Positions 42,403 through 51,327 of a stretch of DNA of 64,000 nucleotides are shown here, piece after piece. A model generated the notes under the pieces. The model was not told the DNA's origin. It did no database searches and was given only the letters and a program-made list of their open reading frames with translations. The first letter of the stretch is position 1. Every line of letters begins with the position of its first letter. The position numbers and the translations under genes were made by a program. The stretch lies in NCBI GenBank assembly GCA_937871295.1, contig CALMRE010000074.1, positions 5,088 to 69,087 on the forward strand, in the 5' to 3' direction. The DNA is from an uncultured bacterium (lineage in GTDB: Bacteria; UBP6; UBA1177; JAKLFG01).

Positions 42403-42431
42403 TTGACAATTTCTTTCTCCGGCGGTACAGT
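42403..42431 (+). promoter_or_regulatory. Putative sigma70 promoter (related copy at 41397..41425)
   Basis: TTGACA-17 nt-TACAGT; the upstream copy reads TTGACA-17 nt-TACAAA. Confidence 0.6.
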
Positions 42432-42468
42432 TCTGCTGACGCACGCGATACAGGGGGGAAGGAATTCC

Positions 42469-43275
42469 ATGAAACACATGATGCTCTTCTTGGCGATGAT
42501 GCTCCTTTTGCCGGTGGCGATGATCGGAGCGGGGGACGAGGATTCACTCCCGAGCGATGCGGATGCGGTCATCGACTCCGGCGTGAACTTCGATATCCCC
42601 GAAGAAGCGACTAAGTGGCGGGAGGGACGGGAAAAGGAAAGTTGTACCTGTAGAACGGAACAGGCCGCCTACGATACATGGTGCGATGAACGGCCCATGT
42701 ATTATCTTATTAAGGTACAGAACTGGGGCGATGATACGGCGCATGATGTTGTGGTCATTGACGACCTTGATCCCCGTGTCGATTATATTCCCGATACGAC
42801 CGAGATGGCGACCCAGTTCGATGAGAAGGGGGACGGGACCGACTGGACATCGCTACCCGATGGGGCGAACGGAGAAATCCCCCTAGCGGGAGAGGGATAC
42901 AAAGTGGCCGATATGATGACGCCGTGCGATATCGGTACCCTAACCTGCGCCGACACCCGACTTCTACGCTTTAAGGTGATGCCCAAAAAACTGCCCCTCA
43001 ATGAAATAATACCTAATCAGTCGACCATCAAAGAGGCGACAGGAGAATATCTGACGAATGGGGGACCGCTCAAACTCAAAGGCACATGGAATTCATCAGA
43101 TTGCCAGGAGCATGCAACCTGCCCCGAACCGCCCAAGTCCGAATGTGGCGGCGGCGGCGAATCTGATGTTGATACCATGCCGGATGTGGATGAGTCCGTT
43201 GTCGACAAAGCAGAAACCGAGGCCGATTTCATTATGCCGAAGGACGACGGCTGTGGTTGTTCGGTGGTGTGGTGA
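42469..43275 (+). CDS. Secreted DUF11-like domain protein with acidic linker and short C-terminal GCGC-hydrophobic tail
   Basis: Signal peptide; YYLIKVQNWGDDTAHDVVVIDDLDPRVDYIPDT; ends KDDGCGCSVVW; lower GC than the core genes. Confidence 0.75.
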   Translation: MKHMMLFLAMMLLLPVAMIGAGDEDSLPSDADAVIDSGVNFDIPEEATKWREGREKESCTCRTEQAAYDTWCDERPMYYLIKVQNWGDDTAHDVVVIDDLDPRVDYIPDTTEMATQFDEKGDGTDWTSLPDGANGEIPLAGEGYKVADMMTPCDIGTLTCADTRLLRFKVMPKKLPLNEIIPNQSTIKEATGEYLTNGGPLKLKGTWNSSDCQEHATCPEPPKSECGGGGESDVDTMPDVDESVVDKAETEADFIMPKDDGCGCSVVW

Positions 43276-43285
43276 ACACCTTCCG

Positions 43286-43316
43286 CCCCCTTGTCAAAGG
43301 GGACTTGAGGGGATTT
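43286..43316. repeat. REP-like palindrome between convergent genes
   Basis: cccccttgtcaaagggg followed by gaggggattt; single copy in the window. Confidence 0.4.
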
Positions 43317-43935
43317 AGAATAAATACTTTATCGCGACGAAGCCCAGAATAAGCAGTACCACAAAAGCGACCGACAGCAGGTTGAAATACTTGTCGATGA
43401 ACTTCTTTATCGGTTCGCCGAAGAAGAAGATAAGCGTGCTGACGATGAAGAAGCGGAGCGACCGTGAGATGGCCGAGGCGAGGACGAAGAGCGGGAAGTT
43501 CATCCCGAACACTCCGCTGGCGATGGTGAAGACCTTGTAGGGAATGGGGGTAAACCCAGCGATGAGTACCGCCGCGAACCCGTACTCGTTGTACATCGTC
43601 TGCACCTTGGCGAATATCTCGGGGGTGAAGCCGGGAACGTAGGAGAAGAAGAAGCCCGACAGCCCGCTCCACAGCGCCATGCCGATAAAATAGCCGAGCA
43701 TACCGCCCGCCACCGAAGCGATGGAGCAAACGAGTGCGAAGTAGAACGACTTTTTCGGCTTGCCCATATTGAGCGCGATGAGCAGCACATCGGGCGGCAC
43801 CGGGAAGAAACTCGATTCGGCGAACGATAGGGTGGCGAGCGCCGGAGTGCCGTACGGTGTCTCGGCCCAGTGAAGGACCCAGTCGTAGAGACGGCGGACG
43901 ATGTTCTTTTTCTGCGGTGCGGTTGGTTCGCTCAT
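43315..43935 (-). CDS. DedA/YqaA family membrane protein
   Basis: RRLYDW...SFAESSFFPVPPD...GFTPIPYKVFTIASG...SRSLRF. Confidence 0.93.
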   Translation of the reverse strand: MSEPTAPQKKNIVRRLYDWVLHWAETPYGTPALATLSFAESSFFPVPPDVLLIALNMGKPKKSFYFALVCSIASVAGGMLGYFIGMALWSGLSGFFFSYVPGFTPEIFAKVQTMYNEYGFAAVLIAGFTPIPYKVFTIASGVFGMNFPLFVLASAISRSLRFFIVSTLIFFFGEPIKKFIDKYFNLLSVAFVVLLILGFVAIKYLF

Positions 43936-44720
43936 GTTTTTTTCCTAAGTCGGTTGAGTGTCAATTCATCGGTGAAATGCATGGTGAGCGGCGTTATCGA
44001 GACCTCTGCGTCGCGCATCGCGTTGCAGTCGCTCCCCGGGATATCTTCGAAGCCGAGCTGATCGCCGCCGATCCAGTAGTAAGGCCGTCCGCGCGGGTCC
44101 TCCCGTTTGATTATCTGGCCGCCGTAGTTGCGTTTGCCGAGGCTGGTCCAGCGGATGACGGGCCGTTTCTTGCCGAGCGCGGCGACCGGTATGTTGACAT
44201 TGAACAGGCGCGGCGTCTCATACAGATCGCGGCCGCCGCAGGCCGCTTCCATGTACGGCAGTATCTTCCCGACGAAAAGTTCCGCCGCCATCTCGAAATG
44301 AACGGAGGGGTCAGGCGACTTACCGCCGAAGTAGAGCGAGACGGCGATGCTGGTCACGCCGTGGTAGAAACCCTCTATCGCGGCGCAGACGGTGCCGCTG
44401 TAGGTGAGGTCGTGGGCGAGGTTGCCGCCGAGGTTGATCCCCGATATCACCAGATCGGGCTTTTCGTGGAGCGGCGCATCGAAGTAGAGTATCACCGCGT
44501 CGGCCGGCGTCCCGTGGACGGCGAACCGATGATCGGTGAACTTGCGCGCCCGGAGCGGATCGTGCAAAGTTATCGAGTGCCCGCAGCCGCTTTTTTCGTG
44601 GAGCGGCGCCGCCACGGCGTGGGAGATCCCCGCCGCAGAGAGGCGATTTTCCAGCGCGGTTATGCCGGGTGCGTGAATGCCGTCATCGTTGGTGATGAGT
44701 ATGAAGCGGGAAGATATCAT
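43932..44720 (-). CDS. surE: 5'/3'-nucleotidase SurE
   Basis: ILITNDDGIHAPG, GTPAD, SGINLG.N, YSGTV, DPRGRPYYW, SITPL. Confidence 0.95.
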   Translation of the reverse strand: MISSRFILITNDDGIHAPGITALENRLSAAGISHAVAAPLHEKSGCGHSITLHDPLRARKFTDHRFAVHGTPADAVILYFDAPLHEKPDLVISGINLGGNLAHDLTYSGTVCAAIEGFYHGVTSIAVSLYFGGKSPDPSVHFEMAAELFVGKILPYMEAACGGRDLYETPRLFNVNIPVAALGKKRPVIRWTSLGKRNYGGQIIKREDPRGRPYYWIGGDQLGFEDIPGSDCNAMRDAEVSITPLTMHFTDELTLNRLRKKT

Positions 44721-44727
44721 GAAAAAA

Positions 44728-44805
44728 TGGTCGGGATGACTGGATTCGAACCAGCGACCACTTGAACCCCATTCAAGTGCGCTACCCAGACTGCGCTACA
44801 TCCCG
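44728..44805 (-). tRNA. tRNA-Pro(GGG)
   Basis: Reverse complement CGGGATGTAGCGCAG...CTTGA-AT-GGG-GT-TCAAG...GGTTCGAATCC...CCCGACCA. Confidence 0.95.
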
Positions 44806-44824
44806 ACCCGCTCAAAACGCCCGG

Positions 44825-45115
44825 TTAGGACTTCTTGTTGTTCAGCCGCTCCTTGAGGACCTGGCTGTGGTGGAACGATACGACCTTGCGTTCGCCGATG
44901 GTCATCGCGTCACCGGTCTGGGGGTTGCGGCCCTTGCGCTGCCGCTTCTGCTTGATCACGAACTTGCCGAAGCCGGAGACCTGAATGTCGCCGTCCTTGG
45001 TCAGTCCGCTCTTGAGTTCCTCGAAGAACATATCGACCAGTTCGGCCGCCTTCTTCTTGTCGACCTTCATGTGCTCATACGCCATTTCAGCCAGTTCAAC
45101 CTTGGTGATGCTCAT
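44825..45115 (-). CDS. ihfA: Integration host factor subunit alpha
   Basis: ITKVEL...VSGFGKF...RKGRNPQTG...VVSF..SQVLK; conserved position before tRNA-Pro. Confidence 0.88.
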   Translation of the reverse strand: MSITKVELAEMAYEHMKVDKKKAAELVDMFFEELKSGLTKDGDIQVSGFGKFVIKQKRQRKGRNPQTGDAMTIGERKVVSFHHSQVLKERLNNKKS

Positions 45116-45131
45116 GGTTTCCCCCCTGTTG

Positions 45132-45482
45132 TTATGCCGCTGCCTTTGCCGTTTCCACGATCTTGTCGAACGCCTTAGGGTCCTCCATCGCCATGTTGGC
45201 GAGGAGTTTCCGGTCGATGGCGACCTGCGCCTTGTTCAGCAGATTCATGAAGACGCTGTAGGAAAGACCGCGTTCACGGACCGCCGCGTTGATACGCATG
45301 ATCCAGAGGGCGCGGAAATCGCGCTTCTTGAGTTTTCTGCTGACATAGTTGAACGCCCAGCCGCGTTCCACCGTCTCGCGGGCGACCTTGAAGGTCCTTG
45401 CCCGCCGGGAATAGTTACCCCGTGCCGCCTTGAGTATCTCGTTCCGCCGCCGCCGGGCCTTGAATCCTTTCTTGACGCGCAT
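45132..45482 (-). CDS. rplT: 50S ribosomal protein L20
   Basis: RVKKG..ARRRR...KKRDFRALWIMRINAA...IDRKLLA. Confidence 0.97.
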   Translation of the reverse strand: MRVKKGFKARRRRNEILKAARGNYSRRARTFKVARETVERGWAFNYVSRKLKKRDFRALWIMRINAAVRERGLSYSVFMNLLNKAQVAIDRKLLANMAMEDPKAFDKIVETAKAAA

Positions 45483-45499
45483 CTCTTATCTCCTTCTAG

Positions 45500-45700
45500 T
45501 TATGCCGAATAGGGAAGCATCCGTCTGACCTGCGGCACATTGCTCGGATCGACCGCCGCATCCTGCCGGAGATTCCGTTTCCGCTTCTTCGATTTCTTCG
45601 TGAGGATATGGCTCTTGAACGCGTGCCCCCTCATCAGTTTGCCGGTCCCGGTGGTCTTGAACCGTTTCGCGGCCGCTTTGTTGGTCTTCAGTTTTCCCAT
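45500..45700 (-). CDS. rpmI: 50S ribosomal protein L35
   Basis: [19 protein letters not shown]...[15 protein letters not shown]. Confidence 0.97.
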   Translation of the reverse strand: MGKLKTNKAAAKRFKTTGTGKLMRGHAFKSHILTKKSKKRKRNLRQDAAVDPSNVPQVRRMLPYSA

Positions 45701-45710
45701 GATGCTCTCC

Positions 45711-46243
<533 letters not shown>

Positions 46244-46244
<1 letters not shown>

Positions 46245-48157
46245 CAGAAGTACTGTCCTCCACGGTTCTCGCGGTCCACCTGTTCCACGAAGGCGTCGAG
46301 CCGCATCTCGACCTGCTCTCCGTTCCGTATCCGCACCGACACCGTCTCCAGCGACGCTTCTTTGTCGCCGACGACGATGATATACGGCGTCTTTTCGACC
46401 ACCCACTCGCGGACCTTGTAGCCCGTCTTCTCGTTGCGGCGGTCGACGAGAACGCGAATATTACTGGCTTTCAGCCGATTTTCAAGTTTTTCGGCTATCT
46501 CGTGATGGCGGTCGGTCACCGGCACCAGCACCACCTGTGTCGGAGCGAGCCACACCGGGAAGGCCCCTTTGAAGTGTTCGATGAGGACGCCGAAGAACCG
46601 TTCGAGCGATCCCATGAGGGCGCGGTGGAGCATGATGGGACGGTGCTCCGCGCCGTCGCTGCCGACGTAGGTGAGATCGAACCGCTCGGGCAGGTTGAAG
46701 TCGACCTGTATGGTCGAAAGCTGCCATTCACGGCCGATCGCGTCGGTCACCGCGATGTCTATCTTCGGGCCGTAGAAAGCGCCGTCGCCCGGATTTATCT
46801 GGTAGGGAAGACCCGACCGTTCGAGCGCCGCCTCGAGCGCCGTCTCGGCCTTGTCCCATACCGAAAGATCGCCTACCAGTTTCTTTTCGGGGCGGGTCGA
46901 CAGGTAGACCTTGAACTTCTCGAAGTCATAGGCGCGCAGGATGTGGAGCGAGAAGTCGAGCACGCGGCTGATCTCGTCGTCCAACTGATCGAGCCGGCAG
47001 AAGAGATGGGCGTCGTCCTGCGTGAAGCCGCGGACCCGCTTGAGCCCGTTGAGCGCTCCCGACAGTTCGTAGCGGTAGACCGTGCCGAGTTCGGCCCAGC
47101 GGATCGGGAATTCGCGGTAGCTCCACTTCTTTCTTTTATATATCTCTATATGGAAAGGGCAGTTCATCGGCTTGACGTAGTAGTTCTCGCCGTCGATGTC
47201 CATCGGGCTGTACATCCCATCCTTGTAGAAATCGAGGTGTCCGCTGGTCTCCCACAGGTGCGAGCGGCCGATGTGCGGTGTGTAGACGAGCTCGTAGCCG
47301 TTGCGGTAGTGTTCCTTGCGCCAGAAATTCTCGACGATGGTGCGGATGACGCCTCCCTTGGGAGTCCAGAGGGCAAGGCCCATGCCGATATCGTCGGTCA
47401 TGGTGTAGAGATCGAGTTCGGGCCCGAGTTTGCGGTGGTCCCGCTCGCGCGCCTCTTCCACCTGCTTGAGGTGTTCGTCGAGCTGTTTCTTATCGGTGAA
47501 CGCGGTGCCGTAGATGCGCTGGAGCATTTTGTTCTTCGAATCGCCCCGCCAGTAGGCGCCGGCCACCGAAAGCACCTTGTGCGCCTTCACAAAACCGGTG
47601 TCGGGCAGGTGCGGGCCGCGGCAGAGATCGGTGAAATTCCCGTGGGTGTAGAGCGATACGACCTGCGCGCCGAGGTCGCGGATGATCTCGATCTTATAGT
47701 TCTCTCCCATGCCGCGGAACAGCGCGATCGCCTCATCGGCGGTCACAACGCGCCGCGCGAAGGGTTGTTTCGCCTTGATGATCTCGGCCATCTTCGCCTC
47801 TATCCGCTCGAGGTCCTCGGCGGTGAAACGGTGTTCCGAGTCGAAATCGTAGTAAAAACCGTTTTCGATGGCGGGGCCGATGGTCACCTTGGTCCCCGGG
47901 AAGAGTTGGGTCACCGCGTCGGCCATGATATGCGAGGCCGAATGACGGATGAGTTCGAGCCCTTCGGGGGAAGAAGCGGTGACGACCACCAGCGAACCCT
48001 CCTCGACCGGCGAAGCAACATCCTTCATCGCGTCGTTTATCCTGACGGCCAGCGCGTTCTTGGCAAGTCCCTGTCCGATCTCGCGGGCGATGAATTCGCG
48101 CCAGTTCTCACCGGCTTTCGCCTCTTTTCTCGAGCCGTCGGGAAGTATGATGATCAT
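46244..48157 (-). CDS. thrS: Threonine--tRNA ligase
   Basis: RHSASH, DLCRGPH, AGAYWRGD, RDHRKLG, KPMNCPFH, RVRGFTQDDAH, GAFYGPKID, HRALMGSLERF. Confidence 0.98.
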
Positions 48158-48186
48158 GGTAAAACCTTACGGCAAAAAAAAAGACA

Positions 48187-48262
48187 TGGTAGGCCCGAGA
48201 GGGTTCGAACCTCTGACCCCTGCTACGTCAAAGCAGTGCTCTCCCAATTGAGCTACGAGCCC
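48187..48262 (-). tRNA. tRNA-Val(GAC)
   Basis: Reverse complement GGGCTCGTAGCTCAATTGGGAGAGCA-CTGCT-TT-GAC-GT-AGCAG...GGTTCGAACC...GGGCCTACCA. Confidence 0.95.
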
Positions 48263-48400
48263 GCATGTCAAAAACAAGCGAGCGGATTTATAGCCGAAAG
48301 TTGACGCTTGTCAAACTTTTTTTTCCTTTTGCCGAAAAACATGCTACTACACCGCTGTTCGCGCAGAAGCGAGAAGGGCAACGGTAAGGGAGCGCACATC

Positions 48401-49771
48401 ATGGAACAGCTCAAACTGCTTATCATCGGCGCCGGTCCGGGCGGTTATGTCGCCGCGATACGGGCGGCCCAACTCGGTCTTTCCCCGGTGGTCGTCGAAA
48501 GATCGAACGATCTGGGAGGCACCTGTCTCAACTGGGGCTGTATCCCGGCCAAGGCGCTCATCCGGGCGGCGGAAGCCTTCGAGGATGCGAAAGAGGCGTG
48601 CAAGTTCGGCGTTCACGCCGAGCCGACCTTCAACTGGGGCGAAGTGGTCGCCCACGCCCGAGGGGCGGTCGCGAAGAACAATAGAGGGATCGAGTTCCTT
48701 TTCAAGAAACACAACATCCGCCTCATTCGCGGCGAGGCGCGCTTCACCGGGCCGAAAGAGGTGACGGTGGGCAGCGATGTCTACACCGCCGACAACATCA
48801 TCATCGCCGCCGGTTCCACCTTCAAGGACCTGCCGCATATCAAAATAGACCGCGCCGACATATGGTCGAGCGACGAGGCGCTTTTTTCCCCGACGCTCCC
48901 CAAGAGCATCGCGATCATCGGAGCGGGCGCCATCGGCGTCGAGTTCGCCTACATCTATGCGACCTTCGGCGTCGAGGTCCATCTCATCGAGGCGCTCGAC
49001 CGCCTCGTCCCGCTCGAGGACGGCGAGGTGAGCAAAGAGTTGCTGAAGGAGTTCCGCAAAAAGAAGATCAAATGCTACACCGGCACCTGCGTCGAGAAGG
49101 CCGAAAAAACGGCTGACGGGATGATGGTGACGCTTTCAGGCGGGAAGACGCTGACGGTCGAGAAACTGCTCTCGGCGGTCGGCCGCCGTCCCAACAGCGC
49201 GGCGCTTGGACTCGCGGCGACCGGTATCGAGACCGACCCGCGCGGCTTCATCCCGGTGAGTTCGCTTTTTGAAACAAAGGCCCCCGGCGTCTACGCCATC
49301 GGCGACCTCATCGCGACGCCGATGCTCGCCCACACCGCCGAACACGAAGGAATTATCACCGCCGAGCATATCGCCGGGTTGAAGGTCCATCCGATAGATT
49401 ACCGCCAGAATCCCGGCTGTACCTTCTGCGAACCGGCCATCGCATCGGTCGGCCTCACCGAGGAAAAGGCAAAGGAACAGGGTGTCGTCTACGCCGTCGG
49501 CAAGTTCCCCTTCTCGGCCAACGGCAAGGCGGTGGCGTCGGGACGGACCGCCGGGTTCGTCAAGGTGCTCATCGCCGCCAATACCCATGAACTGCTCGGC
49601 GCCCACATCATCGGCCACGGGGCGCCCGACCTCATCAGCGAATTTCTCCCGGCTCTCCGGCTGAAGGCCAAAGCGGAGGATATCATAGAAAGTATACATC
49701 CCCACCCGACACTGTGCGAGGCGAGTCTCGAAGCGGTGCTGGCCGCCCTCGGCCGGACCATCCATATCTGA
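48401..49771 (+). CDS. lpdA: Dihydrolipoyl dehydrogenase
   Basis: GAGPGGY, GGTCLNWGCIP, GAGAIGVE, YAIGD, HPHPTL. Confidence 0.95.
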   Translation: MEQLKLLIIGAGPGGYVAAIRAAQLGLSPVVVERSNDLGGTCLNWGCIPAKALIRAAEAFEDAKEACKFGVHAEPTFNWGEVVAHARGAVAKNNRGIEFLFKKHNIRLIRGEARFTGPKEVTVGSDVYTADNIIIAAGSTFKDLPHIKIDRADIWSSDEALFSPTLPKSIAIIGAGAIGVEFAYIYATFGVEVHLIEALDRLVPLEDGEVSKELLKEFRKKKIKCYTGTCVEKAEKTADGMMVTLSGGKTLTVEKLLSAVGRRPNSAALGLAATGIETDPRGFIPVSSLFETKAPGVYAIGDLIATPMLAHTAEHEGIITAEHIAGLKVHPIDYRQNPGCTFCEPAIASVGLTEEKAKEQGVVYAVGKFPFSANGKAVASGRTAGFVKVLIAANTHELLGAHIIGHGAPDLISEFLPALRLKAKAEDIIESIHPHPTLCEASLEAVLAALGRTIHI

Positions 49772-49810
49772 ATTGCTTGATTTCTTTTGGAAAAAAGTTC
49801 ACCGTTGCTG

Positions 49811-49838
49811 TTGACATCCATTTTTCCCCCACTATAAT
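49811..49838 (+). promoter_or_regulatory. Consensus sigma70 promoter driving a small ORF
   Basis: Perfect TTGACA-16 nt-TATAAT. Confidence 0.75.
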
Positions 49839-49860
49839 GGAACCAGACCGTTGACGGAGT

Positions 49861-50043
49861 ATGGGTATGAAACTTATCGCGTGTGTGATCGTGCTGAGCG
49901 GCTTGATCGGCCTCGGCGCGGCCGTTACGGGCACCGCGGAAGTCGACGGCCGGATCGCCTTCGGTGTTAATCCCGATCCGCCGCCGAGTCCGCCCGACGG
50001 GCCCAATCCCCCGCCGCCGCCGCCGCCCGACCGCACGGTCTGA
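49861..50043 (+). CDS. Small secreted proline-rich peptide (start may be 49867)
   Basis: Consensus promoter, GGAG RBS, signal-peptide-like N-terminus, tail NPDPPPSPPDGPNPPPPPPPDRTV. Confidence 0.6.
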   Translation: MGMKLIACVIVLSGLIGLGAAVTGTAEVDGRIAFGVNPDPPPSPPDGPNPPPPPPPDRTV

Positions 50044-50064
50044 TCAGAATTCTTCCAACAGTTT

Positions 50065-51195
50065 TTATTGGTAGGCTTCGAAACGGATGGTGGTATTCCC
50101 GGCCTGAATGGTGTCGTTGTTCTCGAGGCGCCGCTTTTCGGTGGCTTTGACGCCGTTCACTTTTATTTTGTTGCCGCTCCCGAGGTCCTGCACCCAATAT
50201 TTTCCTTTTTCGAGGAATATCCGGAAATGGCGCCGTGAGACCGAGGGGTCGGTGAGGACCAGATCGAGATCGAGATTGCGGCCGATGAAGAACTCTTTTT
50301 TCTGTATGGCGGCGGTCTTGTCCTTGTCGTCGCCCGATATGACGGTGAGGCGTCCCTCGATCGAGTCATCGTCGATATTGGGAAGCGCCTCAAGGTCGAT
50401 GTTGGCGGCGGGGGCCGTTTTCGCAGCGGGTTTCAGAGGGATCATCTCCAGTTCACCGAGTTCCTGCAGGACCGGCGCCGGCTTTGCGGCCTGCGGCGCG
50501 GCGGCGCCCGCTCTGGGCGGCGTCACCGCGAAACCGTTCAGTATCCAGCCGGCCAGTTTTTCCTTTGCCTGCGGCGCCAGTTCGCCGCCGCCGACCTTCT
50601 TCAGTATGAATTCGATGAGTTCCTTGTCGGCGGTCGCCGCGACCCGCTGGGCCGCAAAGTATTCGGCGATCTTCTTCTCGTAGATGCCCAGACGGAGCGG
50701 GGCGAGTATCGGGGCCAGATCGAAGCCCTCTTTCTGGTAGAGATCGATCACCGCGAGGTCCTCAGCGCGGGTCTTCTCGCCGAGGTTGAGTTCCAGATAG
50801 GGGTCGGCGTCGAGCACGCCCGGCTCCATTCCGTCGGTGTAGAAGCGCCAGTCGATGCCGTTGGTGAGTATCGCCACCTTATCGCCCGGCAAGGTATGGA
50901 AAAGCGCCGCGAGGTTGGCGTGTCCCTCGGCCGGGTCTTCCTCGCCGAAGTAGGTCTGGACAAAAAGAAGCGGCTGATCGTTCTTCATCACCGCGAAGTC
51001 GGCGGTGAAAATGTCGCCCTGCGGCGTCTCGTAGGTGTAGCCCGCCATGAACTCGCCGGGATTGTAGACATCCCAGCCGAGGATGCGGAAGAAGGGGACG
51101 ACCAGCGACTGGCGCACCGTGTCGCGGCTCTTCAGGTACTTCTGGAGCGTTCTGATGTTCTTCGCGAAATTCGTAAGTTCGATCTTGTAGGTCAT
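50065..51195 (-). CDS. HsdR_N-like (probably inactive PD-(D/E)xK) domain fused to a C-terminal FHA domain
   Basis: VVPFFRILGWDVYNP.E, ADFAV, AILTNGIDWRFYTD...LDADP; FHA FFIGR...DPSVSRRH...DLGS.N....NG. Confidence 0.8.
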   Translation of the reverse strand: MTYKIELTNFAKNIRTLQKYLKSRDTVRQSLVVPFFRILGWDVYNPGEFMAGYTYETPQGDIFTADFAVMKNDQPLLFVQTYFGEEDPAEGHANLAALFHTLPGDKVAILTNGIDWRFYTDGMEPGVLDADPYLELNLGEKTRAEDLAVIDLYQKEGFDLAPILAPLRLGIYEKKIAEYFAAQRVAATADKELIEFILKKVGGGELAPQAKEKLAGWILNGFAVTPPRAGAAAPQAAKPAPVLQELGELEMIPLKPAAKTAPAANIDLEALPNIDDDSIEGRLTVISGDDKDKTAAIQKKEFFIGRNLDLDLVLTDPSVSRRHFRIFLEKGKYWVQDLGSGNKIKVNGVKATEKRRLENNDTIQAGNTTIRFEAYQ

Positions 51196-51260
51196 GGGTT
51201 CCTCCCGCGGTCGTTTCGGGAGAAATGTATCCTCCCGCGCGCGATAAATCAAATTTTCGG

Positions 51261-51288
51261 TTGACAATGCCCGCTCTTTTTCTAGAAT
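51261..51288 (+). promoter_or_regulatory. Putative sigma70 promoter
   Basis: TTGACA-16 nt-TAGAAT. Confidence 0.6.
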
Positions 51289-51327
51289 GGCTTTAGCTAT
51301 GACCTGATACGGGGGTTATCATGAAGT

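Noticed and set aside
43273..43310. Stop read-through or frameshift restoring a full MYXO-CTERM TM tail
   Set aside because: The downstream sequence encodes no hydrophobic helix and is followed at once by a palindrome and a convergent gene.
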